The position numbers and the translations under genes are program-made. The notes below the pieces were generated by a model, which was not told the origin of the DNA, ran no database searches, and saw only the letters and a program-made list of their open reading frames with translations. A stretch of 64,000 bases of DNA, from contig DASCPX010000137.1 of assembly GCA_036012755.1 (NCBI GenBank), positions 64,001 to 128,000 of the forward strand, read 5' to 3'. Below are positions 49,422 to 59,626 of the stretch, in pieces (position 1 is the stretch's first letter; each line of letters opens with the position of its first letter). The DNA is from Myxococcota bacterium (GTDB lineage: Bacteria > Myxococcota_A > UBA796 > CAJQPC01).

Positions 49422-50282
49422 ATGCCCCTGCTCCTCATCGCCTGTCTCGGCATGGACACGCTGGTCCAGGAGCCCAGAGGTGAGGGCAGGCCCCCCCTCG
49501 GCGGAGCCACGGATCTGGACACCTCCGAGGCGCCTGACACCGGCCTCCAGAACAACGGGGACAAGGAGCCTCAGGACACCGACGAGCAAGAGGAGCCTCC
49601 AAAGGACAACAACCCGGTGATCACCGCCTTCGCCGCGAGCGAGGAGGACTCGAAGGTGCGCTTCACCTTCGGGCTCGAGGACCCGGACGAGGATCTTGGC
49701 GGTGGCGAGGTGACCGTCGAGTGCGACGGGACAGAGGTCCGCTACGACTACCCGGGGGAGATGCGCTGGACCGACGGCGGCTCCCCCTTCGTGCTCTGGG
49801 AGCTGGACGACTTCGTCCCCGAGGAGAAGGTCACCTGTCGAATCCAGGCCACGGACGGCGCCGGGAACGCTGCCGAGCCGAAGACCACGACCTTCACCCG
49901 CGCCAACTTCATCCGCGAGATCACAGAGGGCGGCGACACCCAGGGCACCAGCGAGGGCATCGGCAGGATCCCGGTACCAGCCACCATCCGGGGGAGCATG
50001 TACGGCACGGGGAACAACGGCTACGCCTTCACAGAGGACATCGACTTCGTGAAGTTCAGCGTAGAGGACACGGGCTCCCGTGAGTTCACGCTGAACTGGA
50101 CCGAGACCTCCGCGGACTACGACCTCTACCTCCTGGTCTCAGGGGCCGAGACGCTGGCGGCCTCCGCCACCTACGACTACCCGGAGTCACTCACCTACGA
50201 GCTCCAGGCAGACACCACCTACTTCTTCGCCGTCGCAGGCTGGTCTGGACCGCCCGGAGACTGGACACTTCGGATCGAGTAG
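49422..50282 (+). CDS. Lipoprotein with PPC-like domain
   Basis: MPLLLIAC; DIDFVKF..ADYDLYL..TYFFAV. Confidence 0.65.
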   Translation: MPLLLIACLGMDTLVQEPRGEGRPPLGGATDLDTSEAPDTGLQNNGDKEPQDTDEQEEPPKDNNPVITAFAASEEDSKVRFTFGLEDPDEDLGGGEVTVECDGTEVRYDYPGEMRWTDGGSPFVLWELDDFVPEEKVTCRIQATDGAGNAAEPKTTTFTRANFIREITEGGDTQGTSEGIGRIPVPATIRGSMYGTGNNGYAFTEDIDFVKFSVEDTGSREFTLNWTETSADYDLYLLVSGAETLAASATYDYPESLTYELQADTTYFFAVAGWSGPPGDWTLRIE

Positions 50283-50284
50283 CC

Positions 50285-51607
50285 ATGAGCAAGACAACCG
50301 CCCTGGTCCTGGCTGCCGGGAAGGGCACCCGCATGCGCTCGAGCCTGGCCAAGGTCCTGCATCCCCTCTGTGGGAGGCCGATGGTCGGCTGGGTCGTCGA
50401 AGCCTGTCACGAGGCCGGGCTCACCCCCGTCGTGGTGGTCGGGCACCAGGCCGAGGCGGTGCGCGACGCGCTCCCGGGGATCGAGACCGTGCTCCAGGCC
50501 GAGCAGCGTGGGACGGGACACGCCGTCCAGTGTGCGGCGACGGCCCTGCCGATGGAGGGGACCCTGGTCGTCCTCGCCGGTGACACCCCGCGCCTCCGCA
50601 GTGCGACCCTCGCTGCCCTGGTCGAGCGACACCAGCTCAGCGGCGCCCGGTGCACGGTCCTTACGATGCCGTGTTCACCGGAGACGGCCTACGGTCGGAT
50701 CGTGCGGGACGATGCCGGAGAGGTCCTTCGCATCGTCGAGGCCGCCAACGCCACCGCGGAGGAACTCGCCATCACGGAGGCGAACTCGGGCACCTACGCT
50801 TTCGACGCCCGCTGGCTGATCGAGGAGGTGCTGCCTGCCTTGGAGCCCCATCCCCCGAAGGGCGAGCTCTACCTGACGGACGCCATCGAGGCCGCCGCCG
50901 GGCACCTCGAGGCCCACCTGCACCCGGACGCCGGGGAACTGGCCGGAGTCAACGACCGCCAGGCCCTGCACGAGGCCGAAGGGGCGCTTCAGGAGCGCAT
51001 CAACCGCCGCTGGCGTCGAGCCGGCGTCAGCATCCGGGGCCCCGCCCACATCGACGCGGACGTGATCCTGGAAGAGGACGTCACGCTTCACCCCGGGGTC
51101 GTCCTGCGGGGGGACACGTGCGTCGCCGGCGGCACCACCATCTACGCCTACAGCGTCCTGGAGAGCGCCCGGGTCGGGAGGGACTGTCGGATCGGGCCCT
51201 TCGCTCGCCTGCGCGAAGGCACGGTGGTCGATGACGACGTCAAGATCGGCAACTTCGTCGAGACCAAGAAGGCCCACCTCCACGAGGGCGTGAAGGCCGG
51301 GCACCTCTCCTACCTGGGGGACGCCGAGATCGGCGCCGAGACCAACATCGGCGCGGGCACGATCACCTGCAACTACGACGGCTACGCCAAGCACAAGACG
51401 ACCATCGGCGAGCGCGTCTTCATCGGCTCGAACTCGAGCCTCGTGGCCCCGGTGTCCGTCGGGGACGATGCCCTGGTCGGGGCCGGCTCGACCATCACGC
51501 AGGACGTCCCCGGCGACGCGCTGGCCTTGAGCCGGGGCCGCCAGAAGAGCTTCCCCGGACGGGCCAAGGACCTGAAGGCCAACCTGAAGAAGAAGGCCGG
51601 GAAGTGA
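50285..51607 (+). CDS. glmU: Bifunctional UDP-GlcNAc pyrophosphorylase/glucosamine-1-P acetyltransferase
   Basis: LAAGKGTRMRS..KVLH, GTGHAV, GNFVETK, HLSYLGDA, GAGTITCNYDG. Confidence 0.96.
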   Translation: MSKTTALVLAAGKGTRMRSSLAKVLHPLCGRPMVGWVVEACHEAGLTPVVVVGHQAEAVRDALPGIETVLQAEQRGTGHAVQCAATALPMEGTLVVLAGDTPRLRSATLAALVERHQLSGARCTVLTMPCSPETAYGRIVRDDAGEVLRIVEAANATAEELAITEANSGTYAFDARWLIEEVLPALEPHPPKGELYLTDAIEAAAGHLEAHLHPDAGELAGVNDRQALHEAEGALQERINRRWRRAGVSIRGPAHIDADVILEEDVTLHPGVVLRGDTCVAGGTTIYAYSVLESARVGRDCRIGPFARLREGTVVDDDVKIGNFVETKKAHLHEGVKAGHLSYLGDAEIGAETNIGAGTITCNYDGYAKHKTTIGERVFIGSNSSLVAPVSVGDDALVGAGSTITQDVPGDALALSRGRQKSFPGRAKDLKANLKKKAGK

Positions 51608-53853
51608 CGACCCCCGCGCACCTCCTGGGCCTGAACCCACCTCAGCGCCTGGCGGTGGAGACCATCGACGGCCCGCTGCTGATCCTCGCGGGCGCGGGCT
51701 CCGGCAAGACCCGCGTCCTCACTCGGCGGGTCGCCCACATGCTGCACGTGGGCATCGCTCCGTGGAACATCCTGGCGGTGACCTTCACCAACAAGGCCGC
51801 CGGCGAGATGAAGAAGCGCGTGGCCGAGATGGTGGGGCCGGACGCCGACAAGCTCAGGGTCTCCACCTTCCACTCCGCCTGCGTCCGCATCCTGCGCATC
51901 GAAGCTCACCGGCTCGACTACCCCAGGAACTTCGCGATCTACGACGACGACGATCAGAAGCGACTGCTCAAGACCATCCTGCAGGACAACAACGTCGACA
52001 CGAAGCGCTTCACGCCCAACGCCGTTCGCAGCCAGATCGACCGGGCCAAGAACAAGATGCTCGGGCCCGCCGACCTGGAGGACGCCCACCGCCTCGTCGT
52101 CGAGGCCTTCGTCGAGTACGAGCGCCGGCTGAAGGCCGCCGGTGCGGTCGACTTCAACGACATCATCAACAAGGTCGTGGAGCTCTTCCACGGGGACGAA
52201 GAGGCGCTGTCGAAGTGGCGGAATCGCTACCGCTACCTGATGGTGGACGAGTACCAGGACACGAACCGGAGCCAGTACCTGCTCATCAAGGCGCTGGCGG
52301 GATCGATCGGGAACCTGGCGGTCGTCGGTGATGACGATCAGTCCATCTACAGCTTCCGCGGCGCCGACATCCGCAACATCCTCGACTTCGAGCGGGACTT
52401 CCCTGGGGCCGTGGTGGTGAAGCTCGAGCAGAACTACCGCTCCAGCGGGCGCATCCTGCAGGCGGCCACCGCTGTGGTGAAGCGGAACACTGGTCGGAAG
52501 GAGAAGGTGCTCTGGACCGAGGCGGAGGCTGGCGCGCCGCTGAGGGTGATCGTCGCTCGGGACGAGGAGGACGAGGCCCGGCGTGTCGCCGCGCGCATCC
52601 AGCAGGGCCTCCGGGGGGGCCGCAGCCCGGACGACTTCGCCGTCATCTACCGCACCAACGCGCGCAGCCGGCCCTTCGAGCAGGCCTTCAGGCGCATGGA
52701 CATCCCCCATGTCCTCGTGGGTGCGCGCAAGTTCTACGCTCGACGAGAGGTCCGGGACCTGCTCGCCTACCTCAAGCTCGTCGTCAACCCCGGCGACACC
52801 ATGGCCTTCTCGCGCGTGATCAACGTGCCGAGACGGGGACTCGGCCCCAAGGCGATCGGCCGCATCCGGGAGCAAGCGGAGCGAGCAGACACCTCGCTCC
52901 TCGAAGCCAGTCGCTTCCTCGGGTCTGGCCGCGGAAAGCAGGCTGCTGCCATGAAGGCCTTCGCCGGGCTGATCGACGACTTTCGCCAGGCGGCGGAGGA
53001 GCTCACCCCCGGGGAGCTGGTCCAGCGCGTCGCTGAAGACACCGGCTACCGGGCCGGGCTCGAGGCCGACAACACCGAGCAGTCCATCGGGCGGCTGGAG
53101 AACATCGACGCCCTCGCCGTCGATCTCTCCACGGAGGAGTTCAGCCTGGCCGAGGAGCTCGGGGGCGGCCCCATGAACATCCTGAGCGCCTTCCTCGACC
53201 GGGCATCCCTGGCGGGTCAGGACGAGGAGATCCCCGACGGAGGGCGGGTCACGTTGATGACCGCCCACCTGGCGAAGGGCCTCGAGTTCCCGGTGGTCTT
53301 CGTGGCGGGGCTCGTGGAGGGCTCCTTCCCGCTGACAAGGGAGCAGACGGAGGAGCGCCTGGAGGAAGAGCGTAGGCTCACCTACGTGGCCTTCACCCGC
53401 GCCGAGCAGGAGCTGATCCTGACGCGCTCGATGATGCGCATCGTCTACGGCACCGGACCGCAGCGCTGCTCGCCCTCACGCTTCCTGGACGACATCCCGG
53501 CGACGCTGATCGAAGGCCGGCATGTCCGTCGCAGCATGCCGAGGCCGAGCGTCGATCTCGTAGAGGCTCGACAGCGCATCGAGAGGTTCACCAGCCGGCA
53601 CGAAAAAGCGCGAAAAGAGACGACGGATGGTGCAGAGACGACCTCGCCCCCGACCGAGCGGCGGACCATGCTCCCCGAGAGCGCGGCGGACCTTCGCGTC
53701 GGAATCCGGGTCCTTCATCCGGAGTTTGGAGAGGGAGTCATCCGCAGCGCATCCGGATCTCACTCGAACCCTCGCCTCACCATCGAATTCGCCGGGCGGC
53801 GCACGCGAACCCTGTTCGCCGGCTTCGCCAACCTGGAGATCGTCGTTCAATGA
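51604..53853 (+). CDS. pcrA: UvrD/PcrA superfamily I helicase
   Basis: AGAGSGKT, TFTNKAA, VDEYQDTN, GDDDQSIYSFRGA, AKGLEF, EERRLTYV. Confidence 0.9.
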   Translation: MTTPAHLLGLNPPQRLAVETIDGPLLILAGAGSGKTRVLTRRVAHMLHVGIAPWNILAVTFTNKAAGEMKKRVAEMVGPDADKLRVSTFHSACVRILRIEAHRLDYPRNFAIYDDDDQKRLLKTILQDNNVDTKRFTPNAVRSQIDRAKNKMLGPADLEDAHRLVVEAFVEYERRLKAAGAVDFNDIINKVVELFHGDEEALSKWRNRYRYLMVDEYQDTNRSQYLLIKALAGSIGNLAVVGDDDQSIYSFRGADIRNILDFERDFPGAVVVKLEQNYRSSGRILQAATAVVKRNTGRKEKVLWTEAEAGAPLRVIVARDEEDEARRVAARIQQGLRGGRSPDDFAVIYRTNARSRPFEQAFRRMDIPHVLVGARKFYARREVRDLLAYLKLVVNPGDTMAFSRVINVPRRGLGPKAIGRIREQAERADTSLLEASRFLGSGRGKQAAAMKAFAGLIDDFRQAAEELTPGELVQRVAEDTGYRAGLEADNTEQSIGRLENIDALAVDLSTEEFSLAEELGGGPMNILSAFLDRASLAGQDEEIPDGGRVTLMTAHLAKGLEFPVVFVAGLVEGSFPLTREQTEERLEEERRLTYVAFTRAEQELILTRSMMRIVYGTGPQRCSPSRFLDDIPATLIEGRHVRRSMPRPSVDLVEARQRIERFTSRHEKARKETTDGAETTSPPTERRTMLPESAADLRVGIRVLHPEFGEGVIRSASGSHSNPRLTIEFAGRRTRTLFAGFANLEIVVQ

Positions 53854-53956
53854 CCCGCTCCATGGCGAGACCCATGCTCCCGCGCTGTTGTGCCCCGGTA
53901 GGGGCCGGTGGTAGCGTGCGATGGCGTCTTCTTGCGGGACTGGAACCAGGCACCCC

Positions 53957-55396
53957 ATGATCGTCACATGTCCACAGTGTTCTGCTCGGTACAAGCTGGA
54001 CCCGAGCAAGATCTCCGCCCGCGGGGCGAAGATCACCTGTCCGCGCTGCCGACACGTCTTCATGGCGTACCCGGAGCTGGATGACGACGGTTCGGCCACG
54101 GGCATCACGACGCTCTCCCGCGCACGCCGTCGGGCCGAGACCACCGACAATCCTGCGTCTCCTCCTCCCAACGCCGGCACGCGGCGAAGCAGCGCGGAGA
54201 ACCTGGACTTCCGCATAGTTGGCATTCCCTCTTGGAAGGTGAAGGTCAAGATCGGCCTCGTCTACGACTTCTCGGACATCAAGACGCTCCGGAAGTACAT
54301 CCAGGACGGTCGGGTCACACCAGAAGACGTGATCTCCCACGACGCCAAGAGCTGGGTCACCATCGGGGACATCCCAGACCTCGACGCCTACTTCGTCGAG
54401 ATCTACGAGCGAGCCGAGCGCGCGATCGCCGAGGGCGGCTCCGGCTTCGATGACGAGCAGCCCACCAACGTCGTCGGCATGGGCAGCCTGGGCTCCGATC
54501 TCGCCGCACAAGCTCTCTCCGAGGCGACTCGAGAGGCCGAGGTCTCCGAGGACGGCCCTGCCGAGAACGAGTACGGCCCGCAGTTCGTCGATCCGTTCGC
54601 CGCGCTGAAGGACAAGCAGCGCGAGAAGATCCAGCAGCGTCGCAAGCGCTCTGGCACCGGCCCCCTTCCCCAGAAGGACTCTTCGGACCAGAAGCGCCTG
54701 CTGATGGCCGCCGTGGTGCTGATGGCGCTGGGTGCTGGCGGGTATTGGTACGTCACGTCCAACGGGGACCCCGCGCCCACGCCGACGGACCGGACCACCC
54801 AGGCCACCAAGGACGGCAAGACCGAGTTGGAGATCCAGGCGGCCAAGGCGGCCAAGGCTCAACTCGAGCAGCAGATGCAGGAAGCCGAGGATGTCGAGCT
54901 CGGCGGCATTGGTGGTGACGACGAGCTGTTCGTGGTCGTGCCCGAGCACGTCCGCAACGGCCAGAAAGGTACACCGATCGGCAACGGGGGGCGCAGCGTC
55001 GATGCCGACCCGTCACCTGGGGCGGTCGCGGTGTCGGACGACATCAACTCCACCCAGGACTGCCAGGACTTCACCCGCAGAGGTGAGTGGGGGCAGGCGA
55101 AGCTGGCCTGCACGCTCGCGCTGGCCGATTCGCCTGGCAACCCCGCCGTGATGGTCAACTACGGCGTCTCGCTCTACGAGATGAACGAGCTCAACCCCGC
55201 GAGCAACCAGCTGGGCGGGGCGGCGAACGCGGGCTCGAACGACCCGCGCATCGAGAAGTACCTGGGGCACATCGCTCGGGAACAGGGCGACGTGCTGGGG
55301 GCCTCCGCCCACTACCAGAACTACCTGGCGGCGAATCCGAACGCGCCCGACAAGGCGAAGATCGAGGCTCTCCTGAGTCAGCTCCAGGGGACCTGA
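53957..55396 (+). CDS. Zinc-ribbon (MJ0042-type)/GYF-like/TM/TPR protein
   Basis: MIVTCPQCSARY..CPRC; LRKYIQDGRV..W; TM helix; TPR-like end. Confidence 0.75.
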   Translation: MIVTCPQCSARYKLDPSKISARGAKITCPRCRHVFMAYPELDDDGSATGITTLSRARRRAETTDNPASPPPNAGTRRSSAENLDFRIVGIPSWKVKVKIGLVYDFSDIKTLRKYIQDGRVTPEDVISHDAKSWVTIGDIPDLDAYFVEIYERAERAIAEGGSGFDDEQPTNVVGMGSLGSDLAAQALSEATREAEVSEDGPAENEYGPQFVDPFAALKDKQREKIQQRRKRSGTGPLPQKDSSDQKRLLMAAVVLMALGAGGYWYVTSNGDPAPTPTDRTTQATKDGKTELEIQAAKAAKAQLEQQMQEAEDVELGGIGGDDELFVVVPEHVRNGQKGTPIGNGGRSVDADPSPGAVAVSDDINSTQDCQDFTRRGEWGQAKLACTLALADSPGNPAVMVNYGVSLYEMNELNPASNQLGGAANAGSNDPRIEKYLGHIAREQGDVLGASAHYQNYLAANPNAPDKAKIEALLSQLQGT

Positions 55397-55455
55397 GGAA
55401 ACTCGGCGCCCGAGGGCGCGGTACACTCGATCGTCGAGTCGGGAAACACGTCTAC

Positions 55456-57405
55456 GTGCGCATTCGCTGTCCGCAGTGCTCTACCGCGTTCGAGCTCAAC
55501 CCACCCCTGGGCCGCTCGGGCAAGCCGCGGCGGATCAAGTTCCGCTGTTCGGCGTGCGGCACACCGCTGAGCGACGAGCACGAGGACGTCGTCCATGACG
55601 CCGGGGAGGAGGAGCCGGGTTCCAGTGACCCGAGCTGGACGCCCGGTGCCGTCGAGCACGGCGGGGATCCCAGCTCCAGGGTCTCCGAGCCGAGCTACCA
55701 CAGCGAGAACAGCGAGAGCTTCGTCTCGGACGCGAGCTACGTGTCCGAGCCGAGCTCCGCGCGCCCCGTGCCCACGCTTCAGGGTGGAGGGATCGGTGGC
55801 TCGTCCCTGCCCTTTGATCCTGCCGGCGCCTACTCCTCCAACCCGGTCGGTCAGGCGCTCGAAGACTTCGACGGCGGCGAGGGGCTCGAAGGCTTCACCG
55901 CCGCGGAAGGGGAGCAGCACCCGGCGCTCGACAACCCCGAGGGGACGCTGCTCAAGCAGGAGGGCAAGGTCTACCACGTGCGCAACCTCGCCACGATCCA
56001 GCGCTGGATCGTCGAACGCCGTGTCCTGCGCGAGGATCTGATCTCTACCGGGGGGATGCGCTGGGAGCCGGTCGGCAACCACCCGGACCTCGAGATCTTC
56101 TTCCAGATGGTCGAACGGCTCGACGAGCTGGAGCTGGCGGCTCGCATGCCGCCTTCGGACGACTACGATCCGCGGCCGCCAGTCTCCGACGGGACCCCCC
56201 TGGGCAACAGCCTGGTCGGCGAGCACGAAGCTGATCCGGTGAGCGGGGGCTCCTGGGAATTCGAGCCTGAGCCAGGCGCCGGCTTGCTCCAAGAGGTCGA
56301 GGAGAGCCAGCCGGGCGAGTCCTGGGACGACGACGAGTCCGACGCCAACCCGGACGCAGAGGCCTACCGTTCCCGGCCCAACTACGCCTACGAAGACAGC
56401 GAGCCCAGCGACTACCTCGCTGGGGACGAGGACATTCCAGGCTTCGACAGCGCGCTGGAGCCTGGCGCGCAGACCTGGGACGAGCCTGCCGACAACGACC
56501 AGGCGGTCGTCTTCGTCTCGAACAAGAAAGCCAGCGAGACCGCCAGCCCGACGCTGGCCCCCGCCGAGGAGGTCCTGTCCACCGAAGAGGTCGCCGTCGA
56601 CCCCGAGCCACCGGCCCAGGTGGACGTCGCGTCCCAAGAGGAGCAGATGCCTGCCGAGGACTCGGAGTCCGACGGCGCGGACAGAGCCTTCTTCGGCAGC
56701 CAGTTCTCCGCCTACGCCAAGCCCACAGAGGAGCTTCCACGCCCCACGGACGCGGACGAGGAGCTCGCCTGGAACGAGGACAAGTCCGCCCGCCAGACGC
56801 GGAGGCTGATGACCGCGGCGGTGGTGCTGTTGTTCATGGTCCTCGTCGGCGTCTGGCTGGTCACGGCGGAGCCGCCACAGCCGGCTGCCGAGGACGACCC
56901 TGTCACGGATGAGGCGGTCACCGAGGACGAGCCCATCGCCGAGGACGAGCCCATCGCCGAGGACGAGCCCATCGCCGATCCAGTCATCGAGGACGACGAG
57001 CCGGAGGTGATCCCGGTCGAACGCGACCCGGTCGAACGCGACCCGGTCGAGCGCGACCCGGTCGAACGCGACCCGGTCGAGCCTGACGAGCCCTTCGTTC
57101 CTCCTGTGCCGGTGACCGGGCGCACGACGCCCAGCCGCAGCGCAGCCCAGTGGGTCGACGAGGGCTGGAAGCGGCTGGAGACACGTGATCTGCGTGGTTC
57201 GCGGCAGGCCTTCGTGGAGGCCCTGTCCCAGGAGCCGCGCAATGCGGACGCGCACTACGGGCTGGGTTATGCGGCCCAGACCCAGGGAGACCATCCCTTC
57301 GCCATCAAGCACTACTGCATGGCCCTCGACAACGCTGGCGGTCGCCAGGAGATCCTCCGGGATGTGCCCGCGCTGCTGAAGTCGATCAACGGCACGTGCG
57401 ACTAG
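55456..57405 (+). CDS. Zinc-ribbon/GYF-like/acidic linker/TM/TPR protein
   Basis: RCPQC..RCSAC; IQRWIVERRV..WEPV; TM helix; NADAHYGLGY. Confidence 0.7.
   Translation: MRIRCPQCSTAFELNPPLGRSGKPRRIKFRCSACGTPLSDEHEDVVHDAGEEEPGSSDPSWTPGAVEHGGDPSSRVSEPSYHSENSESFVSDASYVSEPSSARPVPTLQGGGIGGSSLPFDPAGAYSSNPVGQALEDFDGGEGLEGFTAAEGEQHPALDNPEGTLLKQEGKVYHVRNLATIQRWIVERRVLREDLISTGGMRWEPVGNHPDLEIFFQMVERLDELELAARMPPSDDYDPRPPVSDGTPLGNSLVGEHEADPVSGGSWEFEPEPGAGLLQEVEESQPGESWDDDESDANPDAEAYRSRPNYAYEDSEPSDYLAGDEDIPGFDSALEPGAQTWDEPADNDQAVVFVSNKKASETASPTLAPAEEVLSTEEVAVDPEPPAQVDVASQEEQMPAEDSESDGADRAFFGSQFSAYAKPTEELPRPTDADEELAWNEDKSARQTRRLMTAAVVLLFMVLVGVWLVTAEPPQPAAEDDPVTDEAVTEDEPIAEDEPIAEDEPIADPVIEDDEPEVIPVERDPVERDPVERDPVERDPVEPDEPFVPPVPVTGRTTPSRSAAQWVDEGWKRLETRDLRGSRQAFVEALSQEPRNADAHYGLGYAAQTQGDHPFAIKHYCMALDNAGGRQEILRDVPALLKSINGTCD
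56923..57081 (+). repeat. Coding tandem repeats (18 bp x3 EDEPIA; 15 bp x4 PVERD)
   Basis: GAGGACGAGCCCATCGCC at 56923-56976; CCGGTCGARCGCGAC at 57013-57072. Confidence 0.9.
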
Positions 57406-57421
57406 CACCGGAGAGCTCAGA

Positions 57422-57766
57422 ATGTCCGACAAGTACGACCAGGAAGAGGACTACTTCGCCCGAATCGACCGCGAGAAGAAGGCGGCCCTGAAGGCGAAGC
57501 TCGATGCAGAGGCCGGTGACAAGGCCCTGGCCGAGCGCAAGGCACTTCACTACCTCAAGTGCGGCAAGTGCGGGGGCGACATGGCGCCGAAGCTCTTCAA
57601 GGGTGTCACGATCGACCTTTGCGGCGAGTGCGGCAGCGTGCTGCTCGACCCCGGTGAGCTCGAAGAGCTCGCGGGAGAAGAGGGACACGTGCTCAGCAAC
57701 ATCGCGGAGCTGTTCGGCTTCACGCGCCAGGGCACGGACGAGGTCGACAGGTCCGGAGCGGACTGA
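57422..57766 (+). CDS. zf-TFIIB zinc-ribbon protein
   Basis: EEDYFAR; CGKCG..IDLCGECG..LDPGELE. Confidence 0.8.
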   Translation: MSDKYDQEEDYFARIDREKKAALKAKLDAEAGDKALAERKALHYLKCGKCGGDMAPKLFKGVTIDLCGECGSVLLDPGELEELAGEEGHVLSNIAELFGFTRQGTDEVDRSGAD

Positions 57767-57772
57767 ACCGGC

Positions 57773-59602
57773 TCAGTAGAGGTTCACGTCGTCCGTGGCG
57801 GAGAGGACCTCTTCGTAGGTCGTGACGCCGCGACCCAGCTTCTTGATGCCGTAGTCGCGCAGCGTCAGCATGCCGTCGTTCAGCGCTTCCTTCTTGACGT
57901 CCTGTGCTGGCGCGCCTTGCTGGATGAGGCGCTGGATCCGGGGGGTGATCTGCATCACCTCGTAGAGCCCCGTGCGGCCCTTGTACCCGGTGCCGCGGCA
58001 GCGGATGCAGCCGTCGCCGGACTTCACCATCAGCTTCCGGTTCTCTGTTCCGAGGATGCCGAGCGAGAGCGCCTGCTCCTCGCTGATCCAGTCCGGGGCC
58101 GTGCAGTGCGGACAGATCTTGCGCACGAGACGCTGGGCGATCACGCCGACGAGCACGCTCGAGAGCAGGTAGGGGTAGACGCCCAGATCCAGCATGCGCG
58201 TGATCGCCGCCGAGGTGTCGCTGGTGTGGAGCGTCGAGATCACGAGGTGGCCCGTCAGCGCGGCCTGGACCGCGTACTGAGCGGTCTCGGGATCCCTGAT
58301 CTCACCGATCATCAGGATGTCCGGGTCCTGCCGCAGCACGTGCCTGATTGCGTTGCCGTAGTCGAAGCCGATGGCCTTCTGGATGGCCATCTGGTTGAAC
58401 GCCTCGTGGACCATCTCGATGGGATCCTCGAGGGTGCAGATGTTCAGCCGAGGGTTCGCCACCGCGTGTAGCGTCGAGTAGAGCGTCGTGGTCTTGCCGC
58501 TTCCCGTTGGCCCTGTCACGAGGATGAGACCGGTCGAGGCGTGGATGAAGCTCTGGTAGGCGAGGAGCTCTTTTCGGAAGAAGCCGAGGTTCTCCAGGTT
58601 CTGCAGCAGCACGCCCGGGTCGAAGACGCGGACGACGACCTTCTCTCCGAAGGCGGTCGGAACCGTGCTGACCCGCAGCTCGATCTCCTGGTGCTGGTAG
58701 CTCGTCTTGAAGCGCCCGTCCTGAGGCCGTCGACGCTCGGCGATGTCCATGCGGGCGAGCATCTTCACCCGGCTGACCATCGCGGGTTGGACGACCTTGG
58801 GCAGCTTGTGGATCGTGTGGAGGACGCCGTCGATGCGCAGGCGCACGTTGGCCTCGTCGCGCTTGGGCTCGATGTGGATGTCGCTGGCGCGGTGCTCGAA
58901 GGCGTAGTTCAGGATGTACCAGACCGCCTGGACGACCGGCTGGTCGGTGGCGTCGAGCTCATGGATCGACTGGAGCTTGTAGAGCTGCTCGAGGTTGCCG
59001 ATGTCAGGCAGGTCCGAGGCGAACTCTCGTGCCGCAGCCTTCATCGAGCGGCGGAAGCCGTGGAACTCGGCGATGGCCTGGAGGATGGCCGACTTCATCG
59101 CCATCACGGGTCGGACCGCCTTGCCCTTGAAGCGCTCGACCTGCTCGACGACGTCCTTGTTCCAGGGGTCGGCGACTCCCACGACGAGCTCTTCGGGTGT
59201 CTCGTCGATGGCGATGATCATGTGGCGCTCGGCGAAGGGCCCGCCGAAGGCCTCTGTGACCAGCTTGTAGTCGAGCTGCAGGGCGTCTACCTCTCGGTAC
59301 TCGAGGTCGAGCTCCTCTGCGACGATCATCGTGACCGCTCGCTCCGACACGTAGGGCTCGCCTTCTGGAAGGTCGGCCTCGAAGGACGGGAAGCGGAAGC
59401 TGGCGATGAGCTCGATCTCGCTCACCGTGTAGGAGACGCGCTGCTTGCCGAGCAGGCGGCGCATCTCCGCCCGCTTGTCGAGCATGATGTGGCGTTCCTG
59501 CTCACGGCCCCGATTCAGCACGTCGGTTCGCTGGCCGCGGTGGATCAGCTTCCTCAGGACCAACAGATCCAGGATCCATGCCAGGCGGCTGGGGTTCGTC
59601 AC
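57773..59602 (-). CDS. GspE/PilB family secretion ATPase
   Basis: ASDIHIEP, GPTGSGKTTT, LRQDPD..GEIRD, CPHC..CIRC; start reassigned to GTG 59602. Confidence 0.92.
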   Translation of the reverse strand: MTNPSRLAWILDLLVLRKLIHRGQRTDVLNRGREQERHIMLDKRAEMRRLLGKQRVSYTVSEIELIASFRFPSFEADLPEGEPYVSERAVTMIVAEELDLEYREVDALQLDYKLVTEAFGGPFAERHMIIAIDETPEELVVGVADPWNKDVVEQVERFKGKAVRPVMAMKSAILQAIAEFHGFRRSMKAAAREFASDLPDIGNLEQLYKLQSIHELDATDQPVVQAVWYILNYAFEHRASDIHIEPKRDEANVRLRIDGVLHTIHKLPKVVQPAMVSRVKMLARMDIAERRRPQDGRFKTSYQHQEIELRVSTVPTAFGEKVVVRVFDPGVLLQNLENLGFFRKELLAYQSFIHASTGLILVTGPTGSGKTTTLYSTLHAVANPRLNICTLEDPIEMVHEAFNQMAIQKAIGFDYGNAIRHVLRQDPDILMIGEIRDPETAQYAVQAALTGHLVISTLHTSDTSAAITRMLDLGVYPYLLSSVLVGVIAQRLVRKICPHCTAPDWISEEQALSLGILGTENRKLMVKSGDGCIRCRGTGYKGRTGLYEVMQITPRIQRLIQQGAPAQDVKKEALNDGMLTLRDYGIKKLGRGVTTYEEVLSATDDVNLY

Positions 59603-59626
59603 GGCGCGAGGATACCTCCCTGGGCG

